A stretch of 60,514 bases of DNA. Origin: a virus. Lineage: Duplodnaviria; Caudoviricetes. Both the position numbers and the translations under genes were made by a program. The stretch covers positions 1 to 60,514 of IMG/VR virus record IMGVR_UViG_3300025483_000009; one strand, 5' to 3'. Under the pieces are notes generated by a model. The model saw only the letters and a program-made list of their open reading frames with translations, had not been told where the DNA came from and searched no databases. This document shows positions 38,896 through 48,357 of this stretch, one piece after another (within the stretch, counting starts at the first letter, position 1; every line of letters starts with the position of its first letter).

Positions 38896-39101
38896 AAGAT
38901 TTTAAAAAACTTAGAGAGCAAGCGACAAGACAATCACATAGGCAAGCACCCTTGAAAGAAGGTGACTTTATTATGTCTTCTAGGACAGGTGATAAGGGAA
39001 CTATCCATCGGTCTGGTGTTAACTATGTGATTGCTATCACTGAGGATGGAAAAATGTTTCGTGAGTGGGTAAAGGATATTCGTCCTATAAATAAAGGATA
39101 G
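38892..39101 (+). CDS. Hypothetical protein (SH3-like; resembles a C-terminal extension of phage cytidylyltransferases)
   Basis: MKDFKKLRE; GTIHRSGVNYVI...WVKD. Confidence 0.65.
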   Translation: MKDFKKLREQATRQSHRQAPLKEGDFIMSSRTGDKGTIHRSGVNYVIAITEDGKMFREWVKDIRPINKG

Positions 39102-39121
39102 AAGATCTTCGACTTTAAACA

Positions 39122-39775
39122 ATGGATAAGCAGAGACCTGTTAATAAAATCGCTCATAATGATGCATACTCTGCGTCGCTGATGGAGATGTATACAAATT
39201 GGATGGGTGGAGATTGCTTCCAAGGTAGTCATATCCCTGAAGCATTTGAAGGTATGGATCCTCAGTCTCATGGTGCTGAGATTGAAGACACCACCAAAAA
39301 GAAGAAGGCAGTAAAGAAAGAAAAATCTGTCGCTGAAGATGTTGAGATTCTTGAGCGCGAAGAGTATGAAATCGATGGATTTACTTATGTCATTGAAAAG
39401 CAGAAAGGTCTAGATGGCAAGGCATGTTGGAAAGGATACAAACTTGCTGGCACCAAGAAGAAAGGTGGTAAGACTGTTGACAACTGCGTTAAGGCAGGTT
39501 TTGAACCCGAAGGCAACGAGCTTACCGAAAAGAAAGTACAGTGCCCAGAGTGCAAAGGATCTGGTTGCGGTCACTGTGATGACAAAGGATATCATCTCAA
39601 AGAATACTTTGAGAAAGAGAATGGTAAGATGGTGAATGAGAAGAAACTCGATCCAGTAGGTAAGGAAGATTCTGATATCGACAACGATGGTGATGCAGAT
39701 AAGTCTGATAAGTATCTACATGCTCGCCGTAAGAAAGTCGGTAAGATTGTTGCAATGTCGAAAAAGAAAAAATGA
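39122..39775 (+). CDS. Modular charged protein, putative internal head protein
   Basis: TATAAATA at 39086; CWKGY, CxxCxGxG and DIDNDGD modules. Confidence 0.7.
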   Translation: MDKQRPVNKIAHNDAYSASLMEMYTNWMGGDCFQGSHIPEAFEGMDPQSHGAEIEDTTKKKKAVKKEKSVAEDVEILEREEYEIDGFTYVIEKQKGLDGKACWKGYKLAGTKKKGGKTVDNCVKAGFEPEGNELTEKKVQCPECKGSGCGHCDDKGYHLKEYFEKENGKMVNEKKLDPVGKEDSDIDNDGDADKSDKYLHARRKKVGKIVAMSKKKK

Positions 39776-40155
39776 AAACATTCAAACAGTTCCGTGAGGA
39801 ATGTGAGTGTAAAGATAAGGAACGCAAAGTAAAGAAGGCAAAGAAAACTGTTGAGGTGATGCCAACTGTAAAGGATGGTCCATCAAGAGAGTATAGACCT
39901 ACAAAGTCTGAGTCTTTTGTTGGCAACTATCAAGGTCCCTTGTATGCAAGACATCCTGATCTGGTCATTGCGGAGAAAGCAGTCTCCAAAAAGCAACAGA
40001 AATTTATGGGTATGGTCCGAGCTGCTCAGAAGGGTGAGGGCGCGTCGTCGCCTGAGGTTGCCAAAGTTGCTTCCAGCATGAAGAAGAAAGATGTGAAAGA
40101 TTTTGCATCCACAAAACACAAAGGGTTGCCTGAAAAAAAGAAGGCAAAACAATAA
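39772..40155 (+). CDS. Basic putative internal head protein
   Basis: MKTFKQFREE resembles the T4 capsid-targeting sequence; AVSKKQQKFMG...FASTKHKGLP. Confidence 0.7.
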   Translation: MKTFKQFREECECKDKERKVKKAKKTVEVMPTVKDGPSREYRPTKSESFVGNYQGPLYARHPDLVIAEKAVSKKQQKFMGMVRAAQKGEGASSPEVAKVASSMKKKDVKDFASTKHKGLPEKKKAKQ

Positions 40156-40182
40156 ATAGTATGACTCATTGAGGCTCATACC

Positions 40183-40392
40183 ATGCTTGCATTTCTACTT
40201 CCACTCGCATCAAAAGTAATCTCTGTTGCTGTTGCCAAAATTCCTGAGAACGAAGAACTAGGTGAAAAGCTAGTTGAAATTTGTCTGCTAATCCTTAGCA
40301 AGGCAGTTAAACTAACCAAGACAGAGATGGACGATCAACTACTAGAGGTCGTCACTAAAGCAATTCAGGCACGCGAAGAAGCGGCTGAATGA
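40183..40392 (+). CDS. Hypothetical protein
   Basis: ATAAATA at 40152, GAGG RBS; 69 aa. Confidence 0.7.
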   Translation: MLAFLLPLASKVISVAVAKIPENEELGEKLVEICLLILSKAVKLTKTEMDDQLLEVVTKAIQAREEAAE

Positions 40393-40400
40393 TATCAGAG

Positions 40401-40424
40401 GGGGGACGCTAGTCCCCCTTCTTT
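40401..40424 (+). terminator. Rho-independent terminator abutting late promoter TATAAATA (40424)
   Basis: GGGGGAC-GCTA-GTCCCCC-TTCTTT. Confidence 0.8.
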
Positions 40425-40463
40425 ATAAATAATCGTAGTCACAGTATAACTTGGAGCGCATCA

Positions 40464-41054
40464 ATGTCTCTATACGGTAGAACTGACAGCAACGCCAATG
40501 TCACCAAGGCTAGCAGAGGCATTGCTGCATCCAGTCAAGCTAAAACAGTTGTCTTCGTTGATGAAACGGAAGCAGCACTCAAAGAAAATAAGGATCGTGG
40601 AATCAACGCTCCTGGATGGTGGTCGTATTACACCTACACCGATGGTTCTGGTGCAACTCGCCACAAAGCAGAGCACCTAGTCACTCTTGCTAATGCAGAT
40701 CTCAACACTAATGAGACTCAGAGTGACGACACTATTGCAGCAGATGTTCAAAACATCGTTACTATTTCTGTACAACCTGCAGATGCATCCGTAACAGCAC
40801 CTGCTGCTGGAACCTTCTCGGTTACTGCATCTGTCACGAGTGGTACAGGTACGATTGCATATCAGTGGCAACTCAGCACAGACAGTGGTGCTTCGTTCTC
40901 TGATATCGCTAGTGCAACATCTTCTTCTTACACCACCCCTGCAACCACTGCAGTAACACTTGACGAGAATGGATATCAGTACAGAGTCAAACTCACCACT
41001 GATACAGGTGCTGCTGAAGTAGTTTCTACCGCTGCTACGCTAACTGTTGCATAA
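40464..41054 (+). CDS. Virion structural protein with C-terminal Ig-like domain
   Basis: ISVQP...YQWQ...NGYQYRV...AATLTV; late promoter. Confidence 0.8.
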   Translation: MSLYGRTDSNANVTKASRGIAASSQAKTVVFVDETEAALKENKDRGINAPGWWSYYTYTDGSGATRHKAEHLVTLANADLNTNETQSDDTIAADVQNIVTISVQPADASVTAPAAGTFSVTASVTSGTGTIAYQWQLSTDSGASFSDIASATSSSYTTPATTAVTLDENGYQYRVKLTTDTGAAEVVSTAATLTVA

Positions 41055-41061
41055 TTTCTAA

Positions 41062-41418
41062 ATGAAATTTGATGAATTGAATCAGGATAATTGGATCCTC
41101 TTTGCTATTAAAAATTATGATAATCCTCAGTCAGTAACATACTCTGACTTTGAAGAGGATTTGAAACGCTTCAAGTATATCAAGAGGCTCCTTCGTAGAC
41201 ATGAGACTACGGGGGAGCTTCGTAAACACTTGATTCTAAATCATATTATATTATTGTATAATGTGTTCGGAGACGCAGCAACCCTGCTGCTCTTCTACAA
41301 GATCGAACCAGCATACTGGCCAGTCATTAAATCGTTCATGCTCTTTTTGAATAGATTACCTAAATCACTAAATAATGATATCGATCAAAATTGTCTCAGA
41401 GAGTTAGATCTAATATGA
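41062..41418 (+). CDS. Conserved T4-like hypothetical protein
   Basis: FAIKNYDNP, DLKRFKYIKRLL, LILNHIILLYNVF. Confidence 0.8.
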   Translation: MKFDELNQDNWILFAIKNYDNPQSVTYSDFEEDLKRFKYIKRLLRRHETTGELRKHLILNHIILLYNVFGDAATLLLFYKIEPAYWPVIKSFMLFLNRLPKSLNNDIDQNCLRELDLI

Positions 41419-42116
41419 AACCGATTGATGAAATGACAGCTGGTGATGGTAGCAGTTTATCACTGCCACCTGCTTTTGTATTTGTTAATCCAAAATCTGC
41501 TCGTCGATACAAAAAGAAAAACCAAGACAAAGTTGATGGTCGCACTAGCGGTGCCAGAAACTTACTCTCCAGAATTCAGCGAAGAAAAATGAAAGAAGAA
41601 TTAGAAACCATCATCTCTGAAGCTGCTCCAACTGAAACTGAGAGAGCTCAGAAACAAATTGGTCAGATGAAAAAACTGAAGCGTCAGAAAGAACTTCAAA
41701 AGAAGAAGGATGACGCTAAGAAAAGTATGCAGGCAAAGACTGGTGAGATGAATATTCTCATGAAGGCACGCCTTGCAGACTTTAAAAAGAAAGCATCTAG
41801 TCAGACTAGTAAGCTTAAGAAAATGAATAACTCTACAGAATTTACAACAGGTGAAAACATTATGGAAAATCAAGATGTAGTACAGGTTGCACTCGATGTG
41901 GCAACTAGTGAACTAAACCCTCAGGGTGAACAGTCTTTTGCGAAGGTCACATTCAGTGACGGTAGCACACAAAACATTGACAACTTTTCAGCGAAGCGTA
42001 TCGCTGCTTGTTATGGGCAGTTAGGTGACACTCATCAGCAGCAGTTCAGATACCTTCTGAACAAAGATGCTTCTACTTATCAATCTGCCCTAGACTTTGC
42101 CATTCGCAACGTTTAA
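41415..42116 (+). CDS. Hypothetical coiled-coil protein
   Basis: Lys-rich; VDGRT motif; ATG overlaps the upstream stop. Confidence 0.7.
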   Translation: MKPIDEMTAGDGSSLSLPPAFVFVNPKSARRYKKKNQDKVDGRTSGARNLLSRIQRRKMKEELETIISEAAPTETERAQKQIGQMKKLKRQKELQKKKDDAKKSMQAKTGEMNILMKARLADFKKKASSQTSKLKKMNNSTEFTTGENIMENQDVVQVALDVATSELNPQGEQSFAKVTFSDGSTQNIDNFSAKRIAACYGQLGDTHQQQFRYLLNKDASTYQSALDFAIRNV

Positions 42117-42118
42117 TC

Positions 42119-42553
42119 ATGGCATTCGGTCTTGGTAAATTAGCAGTTTTAGAAAGTAAACTGGACATTTATGAAGATCTCTCCAAAGAGATGCTTGACA
42201 AACTTGAGAGAGCGGTAACAACCATCTCTGACAACAGCAACAAAATTGCTATCGTATTAGAGAGGCATGAGAATCGATTGGATGAAAGTGAGCGTGCCGA
42301 TAAACTCATCCTCAAAATGATGGAGGAGATGAAGATTCAAGAAGACAAGAATCATACGATTCTCAACGGAAGGATTGATCGCATTCAAAAGAAAGTAGAT
42401 ACCAACGCTAAGTTTGTAATTGGTGCTGGCGCTGTACTTGCCACCCTTGTGGCAGTGTTACAAGTGGTCCCACCTGTCATCAAAGTCTTGACTCCCCAGA
42501 CATCCGCTGTTAGTATGGATACAGTGACGATGCCTGTTAGTGAGTTATCTTGA
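42119..42553 (+). CDS. Coiled-coil protein with C-terminal transmembrane segment
   Basis: IVLERHENRL; FVIGAGAVLATLVAVLQVV. Confidence 0.7.
   Translation: MAFGLGKLAVLESKLDIYEDLSKEMLDKLERAVTTISDNSNKIAIVLERHENRLDESERADKLILKMMEEMKIQEDKNHTILNGRIDRIQKKVDTNAKFVIGAGAVLATLVAVLQVVPPVIKVLTPQTSAVSMDTVTMPVSELS
42488..42516 (+). promoter_or_regulatory. Possible sigma70-type promoter for g61-nrdAB
   Basis: TTGACT, 17 nt, TAGTAT with upstream TG. Confidence 0.45.
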
Positions 42554-43529
42554 TGTCGAATACATCCAACTAGTATCCTCTCGTCTGACACTCTTCAGTC
42601 GTAAAAAGGATGGCCTGTACAATTTCAGGTGTCCTTATTGTGGCGACTCACAGAAGAGGCGTAATAAGGCGAGGGGATATTTGTTTAAGATCAAGAATGA
42701 CTTTGTGTTCAAATGCCATAATTGTGGGGTTGGCAGAACATTCAGTAACTTTTTGAAAGATCAGGATGAACATCTTCATGATCGATATGTCATGGAGAGA
42801 TTTAAGAAAGGCACTACAGGAAAGCATACCACCGTACCTAATCCTAAATTTAATTTTAAAACGCCCACATTTGATACAAAAAAAGTTTCCCTTGAGAAAA
42901 TTTCGGACCTAAATATTTCTCACCCAGCGCGAGAGTATCTTCAAAACAGAGGCATCAAAGATCTAGATTATTTTTACTATTGTCCTAAGTTTAAAGACTG
43001 GACAAATAAACAAAAGAAGATGTTTGATAACCTCAGGCAAGATAGTGCTCGCATTATTATCCCCTTCAAAGACAAAGAAGGTAACCTCTTTGGATACCAA
43101 GGCAGATCGCTCGCCCCTAAGGCAAAACTCAGATACATTACGATCATGCTGGATGAGGCACAACCCAAGATCTTTGGACTGGATAGAGTAAACAATAATA
43201 AACCAATTCATATTGTAGAGGGACCATTTGACTCGACCTTCCTTGAAAACTCTGTTGCTATGGCTGGGTCCGATGCTGATGTTCGGTCGTTTGGTTGGAG
43301 CAATTATATTTGGGTTTTTGATAATGAACCACGCAACCGAGAGATTATCAACCGAGTCTCCAAAGTCATTGACCGAGGAGATCAGGTAGTCATTTGGCCC
43401 TCTAAAATTAAAGAGAAAGACATCAATGACATGCATCTTGCTGGACATGATGTTCAAACTCTGGTAGAATCTAATGTCTACCAGGGACTAGAAGCAACCC
43501 TTAAACTGAACGATTGGAAAAAAGTATGA
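42540..43529 (+). CDS. g61: DNA primase
   Basis: CPYCGDS...CHNC zinc finger; VEGPFDS, FDNEPRN, KDIND TOPRIM motifs. Confidence 0.96.
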   Translation: MSYLDVEYIQLVSSRLTLFSRKKDGLYNFRCPYCGDSQKRRNKARGYLFKIKNDFVFKCHNCGVGRTFSNFLKDQDEHLHDRYVMERFKKGTTGKHTTVPNPKFNFKTPTFDTKKVSLEKISDLNISHPAREYLQNRGIKDLDYFYYCPKFKDWTNKQKKMFDNLRQDSARIIIPFKDKEGNLFGYQGRSLAPKAKLRYITIMLDEAQPKIFGLDRVNNNKPIHIVEGPFDSTFLENSVAMAGSDADVRSFGWSNYIWVFDNEPRNREIINRVSKVIDRGDQVVIWPSKIKEKDINDMHLAGHDVQTLVESNVYQGLEATLKLNDWKKV

Positions 43530-45844
43530 GTAACGGTCACGGTACAAAAGTTCGTAAGCGTAATGGGTCTGTGGAACCCCTCAACCTTGAGAAAATCCAT
43601 AAGATGACTGCCGAAGCATGTGATGGTCTTGGCAGTGCTGTAAGCGCATCCCAGGTAGAGATGAATTCAGGGATTCAATTTTACGATGGCATCACCACAG
43701 CAGAAATTCAAGAGATTCTTGTTCGTTCTGCTAGCGACCTGATCTCATTGGACGCACCAAACTATCAGTTTGTTGCTGCTAGACTGCTCCTGTTTGGACT
43801 TAGAAAGCAGGTGTTTGGACCTGAGTGGGTGAATGGACACCTATCTATCCTTGAGCATTGTTACAAGTGTGTAGGAGATGGTCTGTATGACGGAGAGATT
43901 CTGTGTAAATATACTACAGAAGAGTGGGCAAAGATCGATACTTTTATTGATCATGACCGTGATCTTCTATTCACCTATGCTGGTCTGAGACAGGTTGCTG
44001 ATAAGTATCTTGTTCAAGACCGTAGTTCTGGGCAGGTCTATGAGACTCCCCAGTACATGTACATCATGATTGCTGCGACACTCTTTAGAGATTACCCACA
44101 GGAGACTAGGCTCGATTATGTCAAACGATACTACGACTCAATCTCAAAGCACAGGATCAACATTCCCACACCTATCATGGCGGGAGTGCGAACTCCACTT
44201 CGACAATTTGCTTCTTGTGTTCTTGTTGATGTTGATGACACCCTCGATAGTATCTTTAGTTCTGATATGGCTATCGGCAGATACGTTGCACAAAGGGCGG
44301 GTATCGGTATCAACGCAGGTAGAATCCGTGGCATCAACGCTAAAATCAGAGGTGGAGAAGTTCAACACACTGGCGTTGTTCCTTTCCTTAAAAAGTTTGA
44401 ATCAACTGTACGATGCTGCACACAAAATGGGATTCGTGGAGGATCAGCAACAGTCCACTTCCCAATCTGGCACCAGGAAATAGAAGACATTCTAGTCTTA
44501 AAGAACAACAAAGGAACAGAGGATAACCGTGTCAGAAAACTCGACTACAGCATCCAACTCTCCAAACTCTTCTACGAGCGATTCATCCAAGATGGAGACA
44601 TCACCTTATTCTCACCTCACGATGTCCCAGGTCTTTATAATGCTTTTGGCACTGACCAATTTGATGATCTCTATACAAGCTATGAATCTGATGGATCGAT
44701 TCCGAAAAAGACTATCCGAGCTCAGGAACTAATTCTAAATCTACTGAAGGAGCGTGCTGAGACTGGTCGTATGTATCTTATGAACATCGACCACTGCAAC
44801 AGTCACAGTTCCTTCCTGGACAAGGTGAACATGTCTAACCTGTGTCAGGAGATCACCCTACCTACAGATCCTATTCAACACATTGATAAGGAGGGTGAGA
44901 TTGCTCTGTGCATTCTGTCCGCTGTCAATGTGGGTAAGATCCGTAACCTAGATGATCTGGAAGAACTCTGTGACCTTGCTGTGAGGGGTCTGGAGGAGTT
45001 GATTGACTACCAGGAGTATCCTGTTGAAGCAGCACGGGTGAGCACTCTTGCTCGCCGTTCTCTGGGCATCGGATACATTGGATTGGCACACTACCTTGCC
45101 AAGCATGGAGAGCAGTATGATTCTCCTGAGGCATGGAAACTTGTTCATGATCTAACTGAAGCATTCCAGTACAACCTTCTCAAAGCATCTAATGAACTTG
45201 CTAAAGAGAAAGGTGCCTGTGAGTATTTTGATCGCACGAAGTATTCTCAGGGCATTTTGCCGATCGATACATATAAGACTGATGTTGATGAAATTGTACC
45301 CAACGAACTGAACTATGATTGGGATACTCTTCGATCCGAAATACGAACACGAGGACTACGACATTCAACACTGTCTGCTCAGATGCCATCGGAGAGCAGT
45401 TCCGTTGTGTCAAACGCAACAAATGGAATCGAGCCACCTAGAGGGTATCTGTCCACTAAAAAGAGCAAAAAGGGACCGCTTAAACAGATTGTCCCGCAAT
45501 ACGGCACTCTTAAAAATAGCTACACGCTTCTCTGGGATATGCCTGATAACACTGGTTACATCAACATTGTTTCTGTCATGCAGAAATTTTTTGACCAAGC
45601 AATCAGTGGAAACTGGAGTTACAATCCAGAAAAATATCCCGACAACGAAGTACCCGTGAGTGTGATGGCAGGTGACTTCCTGAAGACTTATAAGTATGGA
45701 TGGAAGACCTCTTACTATCAAAATACATACGACATTAAGAGTGACGAACCACAACTAACAGAGGAGAAGAAAGAATCGATCGAAGACCTACTCAACCAAA
45801 TTCTAGACACCGAGGAAGAAGATTGTGACAGCTGCAAAATTTAG
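43526..45844 (+). CDS. nrdA: Class Ia ribonucleotide reductase alpha subunit
   Basis: ATP cone, PTPIMAG, SNLCQEI, YY, C-terminal CDSC. Confidence 0.98.
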   Translation: MSNGHGTKVRKRNGSVEPLNLEKIHKMTAEACDGLGSAVSASQVEMNSGIQFYDGITTAEIQEILVRSASDLISLDAPNYQFVAARLLLFGLRKQVFGPEWVNGHLSILEHCYKCVGDGLYDGEILCKYTTEEWAKIDTFIDHDRDLLFTYAGLRQVADKYLVQDRSSGQVYETPQYMYIMIAATLFRDYPQETRLDYVKRYYDSISKHRINIPTPIMAGVRTPLRQFASCVLVDVDDTLDSIFSSDMAIGRYVAQRAGIGINAGRIRGINAKIRGGEVQHTGVVPFLKKFESTVRCCTQNGIRGGSATVHFPIWHQEIEDILVLKNNKGTEDNRVRKLDYSIQLSKLFYERFIQDGDITLFSPHDVPGLYNAFGTDQFDDLYTSYESDGSIPKKTIRAQELILNLLKERAETGRMYLMNIDHCNSHSSFLDKVNMSNLCQEITLPTDPIQHIDKEGEIALCILSAVNVGKIRNLDDLEELCDLAVRGLEELIDYQEYPVEAARVSTLARRSLGIGYIGLAHYLAKHGEQYDSPEAWKLVHDLTEAFQYNLLKASNELAKEKGACEYFDRTKYSQGILPIDTYKTDVDEIVPNELNYDWDTLRSEIRTRGLRHSTLSAQMPSESSSVVSNATNGIEPPRGYLSTKKSKKGPLKQIVPQYGTLKNSYTLLWDMPDNTGYINIVSVMQKFFDQAISGNWSYNPEKYPDNEVPVSVMAGDFLKTYKYGWKTSYYQNTYDIKSDEPQLTEEKKESIEDLLNQILDTEEEDCDSCKI

Positions 45845-47012
45845 AGTTACGGGGGAACCTATGCCAACTAGTGTCAAAGGTATGACAGTCTTTAATACAG
45901 CAAAGACTGACTCCACGAAACAGAAGATGTTCTTTGGACCCCCTCTTGGGGTCCAACGCTATGACAAATTTAAGTACCCTGTGTTTGATAAACTTACGCA
46001 GCAACAACTAGGTTATTTTTGGCGTCCAGAAGAAGTATCACTACAGAAAGATCGTGCCGACTATCAGACACTTAATGAAGCACAAAAGCACATCTTCACT
46101 AGTAACCTTAAGTACCAGATCCTCCTGGATTCTGTACAAGGGCGTGGTCCTGGGATGGCTTTTATACCTTACTGTTCTCTACCCGAGCTTGAGGGTGCCA
46201 TGAACATCTGGCAGACCATGGAGATGGTCCACAGTCGTTCTTATACACACATTATTAAGAATGTATATGCTGATCCATCGGAGGTCTTTGATAAGATTCT
46301 GGATGATGATAAGATTCTTCAACGGGCACAGTCAGTCACCCGTGCTTACGACGAGTTCCTACAGGCAGCACAGGAGTGGGGTGCTGGTAACCAGTGGGAA
46401 CATGCGTTAGAAGACTGCGAATCTGCACAGTGGGAACTCTATGAACTTAAAAGAAAACTCTATAGAGCGGTTGCTAATGTCTACATTCTTGAAGGCATTA
46501 GATTCTACGTCTCGTTTGCATGTAGTTTCGCCTTTGGCGAACTTAAACTCCTGGAGGGATCTGCCAAAATCATTGGATTCATCGCACGAGACGAGTCACA
46601 ACACATGACCATCACTCAGAACATTCTAAACAAGTGGGCAGCAGGTGATGATCCTGACATGGTAGAGATTGCTAAGGAAGAAGAACAGAATGTTTATGCG
46701 ATGTTTAAGCAGTGTGTTGATGAAGAAAAATCTTGGGCAGAATATCTATTCAAAGATGGTTCTATCATTGGTCTGAATGATAAACTGCTTGCTAAGTATG
46801 TTGAGTGGACTGCCAACCGTCGTCTGAAGTCCATTGGACTGAAGGCAATTTTTGACACTCCTATCAGTAATAATCCTCTGCCCTGGACAGAGCACTGGTT
46901 ATCCTCTAAGGGTATGCAGGTAGCACCACAGGAGACTGAGGTTGAGTCTTATCTAATTGGGAGTATCAAACAAGATGTTAAGAAAGATACGTTCGCTGGT
47001 TTTCAGTTATGA
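45825..47012 (+). CDS. nrdB: Ribonucleotide reductase beta subunit
   Basis: FWRPEE, EMVHSRSY, EGIRFY, DESQH, PQETE. Confidence 0.98.
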   Translation: MTAAKFRVTGEPMPTSVKGMTVFNTAKTDSTKQKMFFGPPLGVQRYDKFKYPVFDKLTQQQLGYFWRPEEVSLQKDRADYQTLNEAQKHIFTSNLKYQILLDSVQGRGPGMAFIPYCSLPELEGAMNIWQTMEMVHSRSYTHIIKNVYADPSEVFDKILDDDKILQRAQSVTRAYDEFLQAAQEWGAGNQWEHALEDCESAQWELYELKRKLYRAVANVYILEGIRFYVSFACSFAFGELKLLEGSAKIIGFIARDESQHMTITQNILNKWAAGDDPDMVEIAKEEEQNVYAMFKQCVDEEKSWAEYLFKDGSIIGLNDKLLAKYVEWTANRRLKSIGLKAIFDTPISNNPLPWTEHWLSSKGMQVAPQETEVESYLIGSIKQDVKKDTFAGFQL

Positions 47013-47170
47013 CGAAAGATTCTTTGCCTGGTTGGAAGGTAAAGGCACTTCAAGATCCAAGCGTGAGCACACGCCACGCGAGGATCGTGATGGACGGACC
47101 CAAGTCTCTCAGCGAAGCGTGGGTCCTAAGCGCCATGCGCCTCAAGTACCAGATCCTTGGGACTGATTGA
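47009..47170 (+). CDS. Hypothetical 53-aa protein (not in the ORF track)
   Basis: ATGA-coupled to nrdB; MTKDSLPGWKVKALQDP...GPKSLSEAW. Confidence 0.6.
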   Translation: MTKDSLPGWKVKALQDPSVSTRHARIVMDGPKSLSEAWVLSAMRLKYQILGTD

Positions 47171-47836
47171 ATGGAAAGTAATACTATATTATTCGAGAGT
47201 GATCCACCACAAACTCCATACGCACCAGACTATAAGTATCTAATCTATGAAACATATCATGGAGATGCTATAGACACTGCTGAGATTGCTCGGTTTTTTC
47301 TACAGAAAGAGGACGAGATTCTTGCCTTACCAGAGTCTGATTCTGGTGAGACTGGACTGCCTAGGAAGAGCACTACAAACAGACATAGGAACTATAATGT
47401 CTTTCAATATCAAGACGAATGTTCTGAGTTACTTAAACTTCGTAGAGCGATCAAGAGAGCACATAAAGAGTATGGTAGAACATTGTTTGGCGACTTCTAT
47501 AAGTATGACAAACGATTGTTCATTAGATGCTGGGTGAATATCATGAGGAGAGGTCAGAAGATCATGCCTCATATTCATTCAACACATCCACACACATATC
47601 TTGGTGGACACTTTACTGTAGCATGTTATGACTCTGCTACAATCTATCTCAATCCGATCAATCAATTGCATAATGGTGAGAGATATCAGAGTCACAATGT
47701 GGAAGGGAAACTAACTTTGTTTCCAAATAATGTTCCACATGAAACTACTAAACACATGGATGACAGACCTAGGATCACGATTGCATTTGATCTAACTCCT
47801 ATTGCTGACCCAGGATCCACTTTGATACCACTATAA
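47171..47836 (+). CDS. 2OG-Fe(II) oxygenase-like protein
   Basis: WVN, HIH, LFPNNVPHET, RITIAFD. Confidence 0.8.
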   Translation: MESNTILFESDPPQTPYAPDYKYLIYETYHGDAIDTAEIARFFLQKEDEILALPESDSGETGLPRKSTTNRHRNYNVFQYQDECSELLKLRRAIKRAHKEYGRTLFGDFYKYDKRLFIRCWVNIMRRGQKIMPHIHSTHPHTYLGGHFTVACYDSATIYLNPINQLHNGERYQSHNVEGKLTLFPNNVPHETTKHMDDRPRITIAFDLTPIADPGSTLIPL

Positions 47837-47855
47837 ATACCTAGGAGATTACATC

Positions 47856-48149
47856 ATGAGTATGTGGCAGAAAATAAAGAGTATCCAAATCCCTGGTACT
47901 ATCTGGAGTCCCCTTTTGACGGGAGCCTTATTGGGGACAACTATGGTTTTGTTTACAAGATTACCAATCGCACCACGAACCGTGCGTACATTGGACGCAA
48001 ATACTTTTGGCAAAAACGAAAGCCTAGATCTAACAATCAAACTGGAAAAAGGAGAAGAGTTACGTCTGAAAGCGACTGGCGCAACTACTATGGATCTTGT
48101 CCAGAGCTTAAGGATGCTATTAAAGCAGAAGGACGGGATGCTTTTCTGA
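47856..48149 (+). CDS. Candidate overprinted single-pass membrane protein
   Basis: TATAAATA (47832) and AGGAG 8 nt before the ATG; hydrophobic IWSPLLTGALLGTTMVLF. Confidence 0.45.
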   Translation: MSMWQKIKSIQIPGTIWSPLLTGALLGTTMVLFTRLPIAPRTVRTLDANTFGKNESLDLTIKLEKGEELRLKATGATTMDLVQSLRMLLKQKDGMLF

Positions 48150-48325
48150 GGGAGATCCTCTCTTTACACATCACCCCTGGTCGTGTAAACTATGAAGAGA
48201 CCCGTCAACTGTTCCTTCATGATGTTCTGACGGCACGCTTGACAGACGGCACCCCTGCCTTCTATAATAGCAACATCCTCGGCCGCTACTACCGTAAGGA
48301 TTACTTTGAGCCACCCTCGCCTTAG
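47864..48325 (+). CDS. GIY-YIG-like protein
   Basis: GFVYKITN...YIGRK, YYGS, FYN. Confidence 0.75.
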   Translation: MAENKEYPNPWYYLESPFDGSLIGDNYGFVYKITNRTTNRAYIGRKYFWQKRKPRSNNQTGKRRRVTSESDWRNYYGSCPELKDAIKAEGRDAFLREILSLHITPGRVNYEETRQLFLHDVLTARLTDGTPAFYNSNILGRYYRKDYFEPPSP

Positions 48326-48357
48326 GCAAGAGGTGGATGTCGAGTTCTATTAATTTA

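Noticed and set aside
29300-47012. Introns or inteins in g43, g41, nrdA or nrdB
   Set aside because: All are continuous ORFs of ordinary length with no visible intein or intron insertion
46957-47166. 69-aa track ORF overlapping the end of nrdB
   Set aside because: The alternative frame 47009-47170 is ATGA-coupled to nrdB and abuts the next gene, so it is the more plausible gene
47864-48325. Mobile homing endonuclease
   Set aside because: GIY-YIG-like motif is present, but the protein is only 153 aa with no visible DNA-binding extension and no intron context
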